Translations under genes and position numbers: made by a program | Notes under the pieces: generated by a model | Database searches by the model: none | What the model saw: the letters and a program-made list of their open reading frames with translations, nothing else | What the model was told of the DNA's origin: nothing | Virus record (IMG/VR): IMGVR_UViG_3300027969_000005 | Coordinates: 1-59,387 of that record | DNA: 59,387 nucleotides | Reading direction: 5' to 3' (one strand) | DNA from: a virus | Taxonomy: Duplodnaviria > Caudoviricetes | In this document: positions 32,991 through 42,155 of the stretch, piece after piece | How the letters are laid out: every line of letters starts with the position of its first letter | Numbering within the stretch: the stretch's first letter is position 1

Positions 32991-33746
32991 ATGAACCCCT
33001 TTGAAACCTACGGCATCAGCCACCTTTCGCCTTCTTCCTGCAACACGTTCATCGCCAGCCCGGCCATGTTCGTCCTTCAGAAGTGCCTCAAGCGTTCGAC
33101 GTCTGTCGGACCAGCCGCCCATCGCGGCACCAGCGTCGAGAGCGGCATTGCTTACGGCCTTGTCAATCCTTCGGCCAGCCTTGCTGACTGCGTGGCCATC
33201 ACGCAGGCCGAGTTCTCCAAGCTGACGTCTTTGATGCCTGAGGACGCCAAGACCGACAAGGAGGCCGCTGGCCTCGCTGGTATGGTCGAGCAGGGCCTGA
33301 ACGAGCTTCGCCCCTACGGCGTGCCTACGGGCCTGCAGGGCGCGATCTCTTACGACGTCGAGGGCCTCGCTGTGCCCCTGATCGGCTACTATGACTTCCT
33401 CTGGGAGGACAAGGGCATCTTGGTTGATCTGAAGACGACGCACGCCCTACCCTCCAAGATCAGCATCAACCACGCCCGTCAGGTGTCGCTCTATCGCGCC
33501 GCCCTCGGTGACAACCTGTCGGCACGCATCACCTATGCGACGTCGAAGAAGGTTGCCACATACGAGCTTGAAAATCCCCGCGAACACTTGGAGGTTCTGG
33601 CTAAGGTTGGCCGGGCCATCCAGCGGTTCCTGTCGATCTCATCGGATCCGATGGAACTGGCCAGCTTGGTTGTTCCGGACGTGGACAGCTTCTACTTTAA
33701 TGACCCGATCACACGTCAAGCGGCGTTTGACATCTGGGGCATCTAG
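32991..33746 (+). CDS. PD-(D/E)XK exonuclease (PDDEXK_1-like)
   Basis: HLSPSS, RGT.VE, G.YD......VDLKTT and RQV..Y motifs. Confidence 0.85.
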   Translation: MNPFETYGISHLSPSSCNTFIASPAMFVLQKCLKRSTSVGPAAHRGTSVESGIAYGLVNPSASLADCVAITQAEFSKLTSLMPEDAKTDKEAAGLAGMVEQGLNELRPYGVPTGLQGAISYDVEGLAVPLIGYYDFLWEDKGILVDLKTTHALPSKISINHARQVSLYRAALGDNLSARITYATSKKVATYELENPREHLEVLAKVGRAIQRFLSISSDPMELASLVVPDVDSFYFNDPITRQAAFDIWGI

Positions 33747-33808
33747 AAATCCCCATCATGGGGTAAGGCAAGCGGCCAGCCATATGGTCGCAACAAGGAA
33801 ACTGCAAA

Positions 33809-34480
33809 ATGGCTATCTATGACAACGTCGGCTCCGATTCCTCTGGCGGCGGCGATATCATCCCCATCGTCAAGTACGATGCCCGCGCCGGTCGGATGTT
33901 CCGCATCGATCGTGAAGACGGCACCAACACGCCTGTCGATATCACCCGCGACTTTAAGGCTGTCTTTGATTTCGAGAACATCGAGATCGGTTACATCCTG
34001 TTTGCTGCAGGGTCCGCCCCAAGCTTCGCCATGGCGCGGTTTGGCAGCCCCATGCCCGCAGCGCCTTCGCCTCTGTACAAGCGCGGCACGCGGGTCATGA
34101 TCAAGCTGGCAAGCTCTCTGGGCGGTGACGTCCGTGAGATCGCCGGTAACAGCCGGGCCTTCCTTGACGGCATCAATGCCATCCACACGGCCTATGAGGC
34201 TGGCATGGCGGCGAACCCCGGCAAGCTGCCTGTCGTGGCTCTGAAGGACACGATCCCCGTCACCAGCGGTCAGGGCGAGAAGAAGTCCACAAACTACACG
34301 CCGGTCTTCGAGATCGTCTCGTGGGCTCCTCGGCCTGCCGACCTTACCTACACGCCACGGGCAACCGCAGCGCCCGCCACGGCGGCTCCTGAGGCCTCCA
34401 GAGGCTCTCCGCCAAGCACGGGGTCTACCCGTGCGGAGCCGCCTAAGGCATCGCCTGTTGCCGACGACGACTTCGGCTAG
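33809..34480 (+). CDS. ssDNA-binding/annealing protein (putative)
   Basis: Follows the exonuclease; P.FEIV.W..RP and acidic C-tail DDDFG. Confidence 0.65.
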   Translation: MAIYDNVGSDSSGGGDIIPIVKYDARAGRMFRIDREDGTNTPVDITRDFKAVFDFENIEIGYILFAAGSAPSFAMARFGSPMPAAPSPLYKRGTRVMIKLASSLGGDVREIAGNSRAFLDGINAIHTAYEAGMAANPGKLPVVALKDTIPVTSGQGEKKSTNYTPVFEIVSWAPRPADLTYTPRATAAPATAAPEASRGSPPSTGSTRAEPPKASPVADDDFG

Positions 34481-34487
34481 TAAAGGT

Positions 34488-34518
34488 GGGGCGGCTCTAG
34501 GGCCGCCCTATTCTTTTG
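34488..34518 (+). terminator. Rho-independent terminator
   Basis: GGGCGGC...GCCGCCC followed by TATTCTTTT. Confidence 0.65.
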
Positions 34519-34528
34519 GAGACTATCA

Positions 34529-34774
34529 ATGCGATTCCAGATCACCATGAACATGCCGTCGCGCAACGGTAACCCCGTCCACCAGATTGTTGGCGAGCAT
34601 CCGGCCATGAGCCTTGCTGAGTTCGTCGAGGCGCTCAGCGGCATCGATTTTGTTGTGGTCGAGGAGCTTTACCGGGACGTGGATGCCAACAAGCACGTTG
34701 GTGACTATTACAGCGTCGGATCGATCGCCCTGAACCCTCTGTTCATCGGGAAGGTGAAGGCCTTAAAGGGCTGA
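34529..34774 (+). CDS. Hypothetical protein
   Basis: GGAG SD; MRFQITMNMPSR.G..VHQI. Confidence 0.7.
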   Translation: MRFQITMNMPSRNGNPVHQIVGEHPAMSLAEFVEALSGIDFVVVEELYRDVDANKHVGDYYSVGSIALNPLFIGKVKALKG

Positions 34775-35045
34775 GCCAAGACCGCTTAGGCGCTGGCTTT
34801 GCCATGCCCTTCCATGCCTCGATCGCCAGACGGTGGCGCGTGCTGCAGTCGGCGTAGCTGCTGACCACACCGACCTCCCATATCAAGCGTTCTGGATCAA
34901 TGGCTGGCTGGGGCGGCGTTGCCAGCGGCTCGCACGGCGACGCTAGGTTCGCCGGTGGTGGTAACATTTGCGTCTGCCACATGGTTGGCGAGCAGGCTGT
35001 ACATAGGGATAGACAGAGCGCAGCGGGGATCCACAGCAGGAGCAT
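34743..35045 (-). CDS. o-spanin (Rz1-like lipoprotein)
   Basis: Lipobox-like LCTAC, Pro-rich PPPANL..PC, and Y.DC..RH; overlaps the i-spanin 3' end in another frame. Confidence 0.7.
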   Translation of the reverse strand: MLLLWIPAALCLSLCTACSPTMWQTQMLPPPANLASPCEPLATPPQPAIDPERLIWEVGVVSSYADCSTRHRLAIEAWKGMAKPAPKRSWLSPLRPSPSR

Positions 35046-35292
35046 TGAGGTAATACTCCTTGATGGTATTTGTGCGCTGGAGATTGACGCTGGCGACACG
35101 CTTTTTTTCCTCTTCATATTGGGCTGACAGAAGGTCGATCTCGCCCTGCATCTTGATGCGCTGATCCTCTGCGGCCTTGTAGGCCTTGGATGCTGAGGCC
35201 TTGGCTGATTGATCGCGGTTTGAATAGCCGGTGGCGCACCCCAGCACAAAGACGGCGACGATCGCCCCAATGACATATGGCAGCGGAATCAT
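34897..35292 (-). CDS. i-spanin (Rz-like)
   Basis: N-terminal transmembrane helix plus coiled coil, within the lysis cassette. Confidence 0.72.
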   Translation of the reverse strand: MIPLPYVIGAIVAVFVLGCATGYSNRDQSAKASASKAYKAAEDQRIKMQGEIDLLSAQYEEEKKRVASVNLQRTNTIKEYYLNAPAVDPRCALSIPMYSLLANHVADANVTTTGEPSVAVRAAGNAAPASH

Positions 35293-35447
35293 GAAATGCT
35301 GCCATCTGGCACTAGGGCCGCAATCACGCCCACCACCACAGAGACGTAGGACCAAGGCGCAGGCAGGGCAGATGCTGCCGTTACGCCGCCGCCAATCAGA
35401 AGCCATGTTGAACGCTCGCTTAGGCGAGCTTTGATGAAGGCAATCAT
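35289..35447 (-). CDS. Holin (putative, 52 aa)
   Basis: Manual translation MIAFIKARLSERSTWLLIGGG...VVVGVIAALVPD; two hydrophobic segments; lies between endolysin and spanin. Confidence 0.65.
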   Translation of the reverse strand: MIAFIKARLSERSTWLLIGGGVTAASALPAPWSYVSVVVGVIAALVPDGSIS

Positions 35448-35908
35448 TTTGCGATCCCCGGTGTGTAGGCCATTCGTCCATTGACGACCGTGGCCGTTAG
35501 TTCCTGTTTGCGGTTAGGCTCGTGGGCCTTGAAGCTGACGTGGACCCATCCCGAACTTGGGATACCCGGCTTATAGCACTCAAGGATCAATTGGTCATAT
35601 TCGAGGTGCTTTTCAATCCAACGCGCCAAATCTGCGTTGGACATGCCGGGTACTTCGATGTCGGCGGCCTCACCGTCCATGTGCTGGCTGTTGGGTGCGC
35701 CGCCCATCGATCGATTAAGGGCCACGCAGCGGTATCCAGAAGTGACCATGACGGGTCCGAAGCGTTCGCGGATAGGCTCAAGCACATGGACGCACAAGGC
35801 CCTCAGCGCCTCTCTGTGGGCCGCTGAGGGCATGTTGTCGATGCCAGCGCGGTCTCCCGCTTGGCTTTTGATCATTTCCTCAAGGCTGAAGTGAGGGCTG
35901 AGGTTCAT
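35444..35908 (-). CDS. Endolysin, peptidase M15 family
   Basis: SGYRC, SQH..GEAAD and WVHVS zinc-peptidase motifs. Confidence 0.9.
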   Translation of the reverse strand: MNLSPHFSLEEMIKSQAGDRAGIDNMPSAAHREALRALCVHVLEPIRERFGPVMVTSGYRCVALNRSMGGAPNSQHMDGEAADIEVPGMSNADLARWIEKHLEYDQLILECYKPGIPSSGWVHVSFKAHEPNRKQELTATVVNGRMAYTPGIAK

Positions 35909-36183
35909 TTGGCACCTTTTGGTGGATCGTACTGGCCGGGGCGCTTGCCCTCATCCCGCTCGATGGCCTTTTCACAGTGATCTTTGTCGATCCATCCTAG
36001 CATTTTACACAGCACACAGCCAACAAAACGACCGCGCCTTGCGTCCTTACCAAGGCGTGACGACAGGGTTTCGTCCTCGTCGCCGCCTGTGAGGGTGTTG
36101 AGCAGTTGGTCAATGGCTACGAAGACCCGAGCGGCGTAACCGATCAGGCCCTTGCGCTTGGTCAGGAAGGGGTCTTGGTTCAT
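35905..36183 (-). CDS. Conserved phage protein (DQLLN...DET.SSR...DHC)
   Basis: Signature motif; lies between tail and lysis genes. Confidence 0.75.
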   Translation of the reverse strand: MNQDPFLTKRKGLIGYAARVFVAIDQLLNTLTGGDEDETLSSRLGKDARRGRFVGCVLCKMLGWIDKDHCEKAIERDEGKRPGQYDPPKGAK

Positions 36184-36671
36184 ACGATGGCCTCGTCAGG
36201 GAGTGCCTCTTCGCCGTTCGGCACGGGCGGCTCGTTGGCAAGGATTTGGGCTGCGCGACCGGGGGCGATCAGACCGGCGGCCTCAAGCAAGGGGACGCCC
36301 GTCAGGATGTCGGGGTCTTGCAAGTTCACCGTCGTGGCCGCGTCCAGCATGTACTGATAGTCGGCAATAATGGGGTTGACCACGCCAGCGGCGCGGATGT
36401 CGATGCGCTCCTGCTGATAGAACAAGCGCAGGAAGTCCACCTTGTTTAGGATCACGGCTGGGGGCGGAGCGGGCGTAGGCTCAGGCGGCGCAGGAGGGCG
36501 CTCAGACAGGATCACCCAGCCGTCAGACTGAAGCTGCGCGACCTGCGTGCCCGTCAGAGCGGGAGGCGCGATAGGCGTCGAGTTGGGCGGGATCGGCCCG
36601 TAGGGGTCGAACGTCGCCGGGTTGGTGTAGATGGCTTGGCTGTCGTAGGCGTAATAGGTCAGATCAACCAT
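36180..36671 (-). CDS. Tail fibre assembly/chaperone-like protein
   Basis: PPNST..APP, FL.LF...ER..I and GRA.QIL motifs; follows the fibres. Confidence 0.65.
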   Translation of the reverse strand: MVDLTYYAYDSQAIYTNPATFDPYGPIPPNSTPIAPPALTGTQVAQLQSDGWVILSERPPAPPEPTPAPPPAVILNKVDFLRLFYQQERIDIRAAGVVNPIIADYQYMLDAATTVNLQDPDILTGVPLLEAAGLIAPGRAAQILANEPPVPNGEEALPDEAIV

Positions 36672-36672
36672 G

Positions 36673-37776
36673 TTAGGATGCCTTTATGTAAGCGGTGGTG
36701 CCGGTGAAGGTTTGGACGACCGGGAGGGTGAAGGTGGTTTGGGCTACGGAGTAGGCTATGGTGGCGGAAGAGGCTGAACCATTGGCTACGGCAACAAAAT
36801 TCTGCACTCCTAGTAAACCGCCATAAGCAACAGAAGACCAACTTAAAGCCGCTGACATTGTTCTCGCAGTCCATGTTATCCCATCGGAAGATGAGGCTGC
36901 GGCAGTGCTTTGGGAGACTGCTACAAAAGCTCCGTTACCAAAAGTTACCGAACGCCAATTTCCTGATGAGGGTAAAGTTCGCTGGGTCCACGTGATCCCA
37001 TCTGTTGATGTGGCGGCGATGTTAGTCTCTGCTATTGCCGAAAAAACACCGTTTCCATAAGCCACGGCAAACCAATTCGCACTCGCAGGCAAAGTTCGCT
37101 GGGTCCACGTAATGCCATCGGGGGAAGTTGCAGCAATATTAGCGGGGCCTTGCGCTACCGCAACAAATGTTCCATTGCCATATGTAACGGAAGACCAATT
37201 TGCACTTGGCAAAGTTCGTTGGGTCCATCCCGCGCCGTTGGTTGATGATGCCGCGACGGTAGACGGACCCGTTGCTATCGCTACAAAAACGCCACTGCCA
37301 TATGCTGCGGATTGCCAAACGGGTGCCGTTGGCAAGGTATATTGGTACCAAGTAGCACCGTCATATGATATCGCAGCGACGTTGGTACCGCCAACCGCCA
37401 CAAACGTACCATTTCCAAAAGTTACGGCCCTCCAGTCCACGCTTGCTGGTAAGGTCCGCGCTGTCCACGTTATGCCGTCAGGAGAAGACGCGGCAATAGT
37501 AGAATTTGCAGCAACTGCTGCAAAAACACCGTTTCCATATGTTGCAGAACTCCACTGTGCAGACGCGGACATTGACCTAGCCGTCGCCGTAAACGCCGTC
37601 ACAGGCGTCGTCACCAGCGCAGCCAAAACGGGATACGAGGACGCCAAATATGAAGCAGTCGCGCTATTCAACGGCAAATACCCCGGAGCCGACAGCGCAT
37701 AGAGCGAGTAGGTGTAGTCCCCGACGTTCAGGCCGGTGGTGCCGAAGTTGACCGTGTTTGCGATGTTGCTAGCCAT
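36673..37776 (-). CDS. Beta-propeller tail fibre/adhesin paralog 4 (type B)
   Basis: S.DGITWT.RTLP....W..V.YGNG.FVAV repeats. Confidence 0.8.
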   Translation of the reverse strand: MASNIANTVNFGTTGLNVGDYTYSLYALSAPGYLPLNSATASYLASSYPVLAALVTTPVTAFTATARSMSASAQWSSATYGNGVFAAVAANSTIAASSPDGITWTARTLPASVDWRAVTFGNGTFVAVGGTNVAAISYDGATWYQYTLPTAPVWQSAAYGSGVFVAIATGPSTVAASSTNGAGWTQRTLPSANWSSVTYGNGTFVAVAQGPANIAATSPDGITWTQRTLPASANWFAVAYGNGVFSAIAETNIAATSTDGITWTQRTLPSSGNWRSVTFGNGAFVAVSQSTAAASSSDGITWTARTMSAALSWSSVAYGGLLGVQNFVAVANGSASSATIAYSVAQTTFTLPVVQTFTGTTAYIKAS

Positions 37777-38891
37777 TAGGTCGCCTTAACATATGCAGTG
37801 GTGCCAGCCTTGGGCGCTACTACGGGGAGGGTGAAGGACGTGGCGTTTACGGCGTAGTCTATTGTGGCTGCGGCAGAAGATGAGTTTGACACCGTTACAA
37901 ACTTGCCCGCACCAAAGGCTAGGCCGTACCATGTGGTGGAAGAGGGTAGGGTTTGAGATGCCCAAGTGATCCCATCGGGTGAAGTGGCGGCGGCAGTGGA
38001 CTGAGACACCATGACGAAAGTATTGTTGCCGTAGGCGCTTTTGGTCCACGTGGCCGAGGCTGGCAAGGTTCGGGCGGTCCAGTTAAACCCATCGGTAGAG
38101 GTTGCGGCGACCGTGCCGGTTCCACCTGAGTTGGCTAAAAAGATGCCGTTGCCGTAAGATAGGCCCGACCAGTTTTGTGCGGATGGCAATGTGCCCGCTA
38201 CCCATGTGATACCGTCAGCCGAAACGCTTGCGGCGGTTGACGCGCTTGAAGCTACCGCAACAAAAACGCCATTACCGTAAGCAACTCTAAACCAACTTGC
38301 CGAGGCCGATAGGGTTCGAGATGTCCAAGTGATCCCATCTGGGGAGGTGGCGGCAAGGGTAGACGAGGCGGCTACAGCGACAAACAGGCCATTGCCAAAT
38401 GTTACACTTGCCCAATTCCCAGACGGCATAGTGCGCTGCGTCCATGTAATCCCATCGGGAGACGTTGCCGCAACAGTGGATGGGCCGCTTGTTACCGCCA
38501 CAAAAATGCCATTTCCAAAAGTAACAGACCGCCAGTCTTGCGCGGATGGAAGGGTTCTCGCCGTCCATGTAATCCCGTCAGGCGAAGTGGCGGCTGCGGT
38601 GGACGTGGTAAATAGCCCGCCCGTCGTCACAAAGACACCGTTGCCAAAGGCCACATCGCCCCAAGACGCGCTGGAAGGCAAAGTCCTAGCCGTCGCCGTA
38701 TAGCTCACAGGCGTAATCACAGGCACGATCAGCGCCCCAAGCGCAGGGTAAGACGACACGAGGTAGGACGCCGTGTAGCTATTCAGAGGCAAGTACCCCG
38801 GCGAGGGCATGGCATACTGAGAGTACATCCAGTCGCCCACGGACTGTGTGGTGGCCCCGAAGTTGACAAGCGATGATGCGTTAGTGGGCAT
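37776..38891 (-). CDS. Beta-propeller tail fibre/adhesin paralog 3 (type A)
   Basis: Same repeats and conserved termini. Confidence 0.8.
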   Translation of the reverse strand: MPTNASSLVNFGATTQSVGDWMYSQYAMPSPGYLPLNSYTASYLVSSYPALGALIVPVITPVSYTATARTLPSSASWGDVAFGNGVFVTTGGLFTTSTAAATSPDGITWTARTLPSAQDWRSVTFGNGIFVAVTSGPSTVAATSPDGITWTQRTMPSGNWASVTFGNGLFVAVAASSTLAATSPDGITWTSRTLSASASWFRVAYGNGVFVAVASSASTAASVSADGITWVAGTLPSAQNWSGLSYGNGIFLANSGGTGTVAATSTDGFNWTARTLPASATWTKSAYGNNTFVMVSQSTAAATSPDGITWASQTLPSSTTWYGLAFGAGKFVTVSNSSSAAATIDYAVNATSFTLPVVAPKAGTTAYVKAT

Positions 38892-38893
38892 GT

Positions 38894-40006
38894 CTAGGTC
38901 GCCTTAACGTATGCGGTGGTGCCGGTGATGGGGGAGATTACGGGGAGGGTGAAGGTGGTTTGGGTGACAGAGTAGGCTATGGATGCTGCGGCTGTTGTTG
39001 GGCCTTGAGCCACAATAACAAAGTTTTGCGTTCCGGGTACGCCTCCGTAGCACCCCCCAACGTAATCTGCTGCAGGCAAGGTTTGGGCCGTCCAAGTTGT
39101 GCCATTGGTAGATGTGGACGCAACAGCCGTAGTTCCGGAAATTGCAACAAAGCTGCCATTTCCAAACATAACTTTTCGCCAAGTAGCAGAAGCAGAAAGC
39201 GTCCTTGATGTCCAAGTAATGCCATCGGATGACGTTACCGCAGCATTTGATCCGTAGGCCACCGCGACAAACGTACCATTCCCAAAAGCCACACTAGCCC
39301 AGTTTGCCGCCGATGAAAGCGTTCTGGCGGTCCATGTAAAGCCATCGGGAGATGTGGCTGCGGTGGTTGATAGCGATCCGCCCATAACGGCAACAAAGGT
39401 ATTATTTCCGAAAGCAACGCCAATCCAACTTCCTGAAGATGGAAGAGTTCTGGATGTCCAAGTGATACCATCTGGGGATGTTGCCCCCAAGGCAGACCCT
39501 TGCATTACGCCAACAAATATACCGCCTCCAAAACCAACATAGTATAAAGAAACGGGTGATGTTCTAGATGTCCAATTAATACCATCGGGTGATGTTATTA
39601 CACTTGTGCCGCCACTTAAAGCAACAAATATGCCATTACCAAAAACAACATCTGTCCATCCCGTTCCGACAAATGCGCTGGTTACCCAGTTTATTCCATC
39701 TGAACTAGTTGCTATGCGGCCATTACTAGCGCCACCCGTGCTAACAGCAACAAATTTTCCGTTTCCGTAGGCTACTGCGTTCCAGTCGGCTGATCCGGGC
39801 AAAGTCCTAGCCGTAGCCGTAAACGCCGTCACAGGCGTAGTCATCAAGGCGAACAGCGCAGGGTAAGACGAAGCCAGATACGAAGTCGCCGCATTATCCG
39901 CAGGCAAAAAGCTAGGAGCCGACCGGGGTCCAATCGCGTAGATGAACTCCCCCACGGCTGGGCCTGTGGTGCCGAAGTTGACGAGGCTTGCTGCTGAGAC
40001 TGCCAT
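38894..40006 (-). CDS. Beta-propeller tail fibre/adhesin paralog 2 (type B)
   Basis: Same repeats and conserved termini. Confidence 0.8.
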   Translation of the reverse strand: MAVSAASLVNFGTTGPAVGEFIYAIGPRSAPSFLPADNAATSYLASSYPALFALMTTPVTAFTATARTLPGSADWNAVAYGNGKFVAVSTGGASNGRIATSSDGINWVTSAFVGTGWTDVVFGNGIFVALSGGTSVITSPDGINWTSRTSPVSLYYVGFGGGIFVGVMQGSALGATSPDGITWTSRTLPSSGSWIGVAFGNNTFVAVMGGSLSTTAATSPDGFTWTARTLSSAANWASVAFGNGTFVAVAYGSNAAVTSSDGITWTSRTLSASATWRKVMFGNGSFVAISGTTAVASTSTNGTTWTAQTLPAADYVGGCYGGVPGTQNFVIVAQGPTTAAASIAYSVTQTTFTLPVISPITGTTAYVKAT

Positions 40007-40008
40007 GA

Positions 40009-41118
40009 TCAGGTCGCCTTAACGTAGGCCGTGGTGCCGAAGCGAGCAGGCACGACGGGGAGCACGAAGGTGGTGGCGGTTACGGCGTAGTCAATAGTGG
40101 CCGCTATGGTGCCGGTGGTAATGGATGTAGCCACAAATTTACCCGCCCCAAAAGCCAAACCAATCCAATTAGATGAGGATGGCAATGTTCGTGCAGTCCA
40201 TGTGACGCCATCGGAAGAGGTCGCAGACGCAGAAGAGCCGTAAGCAATAGCTACAAAACTATTGTTTCCGTATCGTACTTGTCTCCACGTTGCGGTGCTT
40301 GGAAGGGTTCTTGACGTCCAATCTAACCCATTTGTAGACGTGGCGGATATTGTTCCAGAGGTAAATGAAAGAGCTGAAAACACACCATTTCCAAAAGCGA
40401 TGGTCGCCCACGAGGACGAAACCGGCATAGTTCCTAAAACCCAATTTACGCCATCAGAAGAAACAGCCGTGTTTGTTGCCGGGGAGGCAACCGCTACAAA
40501 AACGCCGTTGCCATAAGTTATGTCAGCCCAATTTAAAGAGGAAGGTAGCGTTCGCGCAGTCCACGTAACTCCATCAGTAGACGTAGCAGCGGCGTTGGTC
40601 GCGGTTCCCCCTATGGTTACAAAAATACCATTCCCGAAGGTTACTGCGGTCCAAGTTGATGAAGAAGGAAGCGTTCTAGCGGTCCAAGTTACACCATCGG
40701 GAGAAGTTGCTGCTGAAGTTGATCCGTTAGCGACAGCTACAAAAACACCATTTCCAAAAGTCACAGAATACCAAGATGCGGCGGATGGAAGCGTTCGTGC
40801 CGTCCAAGTGATGCCATCTGGAGACGTGGCGGCAGAAGTGGTGTTTGCCCCCAAAGTTACAAAAACGCCATTTCCATATGCAATAGCTTGCCACTGGGCA
40901 GTGGCTGGCAATGTCCTAGCCGTAGCCGAATAAGCCACAGGCGCAATCACCGGACTAACAATCGCAGCCAAGGCCGGATAGGACGACACAAGATAGGACG
41001 TGGTGTAGCTGTCCAGAGGCAGATAGCCCGGTGCCGTCCGCGCATAGGCGGAGTACAGCCAGTCCCCAACCGCTAGGCCCGTGGTGCCGAAATTGAGAAG
41101 CGTCGAGGCGTCAACCAA
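40009..41118 (-). CDS. Beta-propeller tail fibre/adhesin paralog 1 (type A)
   Basis: Same repeats and conserved termini. Confidence 0.8.
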   Translation of the reverse strand: MVDASTLLNFGTTGLAVGDWLYSAYARTAPGYLPLDSYTTSYLVSSYPALAAIVSPVIAPVAYSATARTLPATAQWQAIAYGNGVFVTLGANTTSAATSPDGITWTARTLPSAASWYSVTFGNGVFVAVANGSTSAATSPDGVTWTARTLPSSSTWTAVTFGNGIFVTIGGTATNAAATSTDGVTWTARTLPSSLNWADITYGNGVFVAVASPATNTAVSSDGVNWVLGTMPVSSSWATIAFGNGVFSALSFTSGTISATSTNGLDWTSRTLPSTATWRQVRYGNNSFVAIAYGSSASATSSDGVTWTARTLPSSSNWIGLAFGAGKFVATSITTGTIAATIDYAVTATTFVLPVVPARFGTTAYVKAT

Positions 41119-42145
41119 TTCGCATTATCCATGTTGTGCCGATATACTCGAACGTCACGCAGACCCCCTTAGTGGAGATCGTCACGTCCTGAGACAGCGT
41201 GTTGATGGTATTGCCGTTTCGAAGCACGGTTAGGTTATTGGTCGCGAATCCATTGACCGTGTCGGTCGTGCCCGCGTCAAAGATCGTGATCGGCTTATCG
41301 CCTGCGGTGGGTGATGCCGGAAGGGCGATCGAGAAAGCCCCGACCGTGATTGTGTTACAGGCTAGATAATCCCCGGCGACAGCCGTGTAGTTGGCTGTCT
41401 TGAGGACTGACACGCCAACGCCGATCGCATTACGGGCACCGGCCTGCGTGATGCTGTTTGTGCCGCCATTGGCAAAGCCAAGAGTGCCTGTGAGCACGAT
41501 AGCGCCTGATGTGGCCGTGTTGGGCAGAAGGCCCGTCGTGCCGCCGCTAAATGTCGTGACGCCGCTGGCAGCCGCTGAGTTCCACGACAGGATGCCAGAG
41601 CCATTTGTCGATAGGAATTGACCAGCCGTGCCGTCAGCCGCAGGCAGCGTGAATGTCACTGCTCCGCTGACCGCCGGTGCCTGAAGGCCCACATAGCCCG
41701 ACGTCGAGCCTGCGAAGCGCACAGCGGACGCTAGGAAGGTTCCTGATGTGGTGACAGCCGGGCTCATGTTTGTGCCGTCACAGTTCAGGAAGGCGCGGTA
41801 GCCCTGCGGGATCGTGCCGCTTGTGCCACCGCCGCCCGATGAGATCGTGATCGAGAACGCGCCACTGGTGTTGTTATAGATTGTCCAGTTGCCGCCGATG
41901 CCCGCCGGAAACTGGTAGTTCACGTTGGCGCTCAGCGTGCCTGAGATGATGATACTGGGGGACTGATATTGAACGTCTGTTAGAACGACCGTACCGGACG
42001 CCGCCACGGCATTGATCAGCGTCGTGCCGCCAAACGCCCGATCGATGATGTCCCAGTCGTTATTGACAGGGATCGACCATGTATTGACGTAATCGCCGTT
42101 GGCGGGCTTCTCGATCTTCTTGTTGGTCGTATAGGTTGACGTCAT
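41111..42145 (-). CDS. Tail fibre (proximal/anchor) protein
   Basis: STYT......P..G....W...N N-terminus; TLPAADGTAGQ.L.TNGSG.LSW; LPASP..GD...D. Confidence 0.8.
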   Translation of the reverse strand: MTSTYTTNKKIEKPANGDYVNTWSIPVNNDWDIIDRAFGGTTLINAVAASGTVVLTDVQYQSPSIIISGTLSANVNYQFPAGIGGNWTIYNNTSGAFSITISSGGGGTSGTIPQGYRAFLNCDGTNMSPAVTTSGTFLASAVRFAGSTSGYVGLQAPAVSGAVTFTLPAADGTAGQFLSTNGSGILSWNSAAASGVTTFSGGTTGLLPNTATSGAIVLTGTLGFANGGTNSITQAGARNAIGVGVSVLKTANYTAVAGDYLACNTITVGAFSIALPASPTAGDKPITIFDAGTTDTVNGFATNNLTVLRNGNTINTLSQDVTISTKGVCVTFEYIGTTWIMRIG

Positions 42146-42155
42146 CGGTTAGCCC

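Noticed and set aside
32991-33746. Cas4 or a CRISPR-Cas component
   Set aside because: It lacks the four-Cys Fe-S pattern, there are no cas genes or array, and the exonuclease-SSB context fits recombination.
36673-41118. Diversity-generating retroelement or invertase shufflon acting on the fibres
   Set aside because: No reverse transcriptase or recombinase was recognised, all copies are co-oriented full genes, and I saw no adenine-specific template/variable repeat pair.
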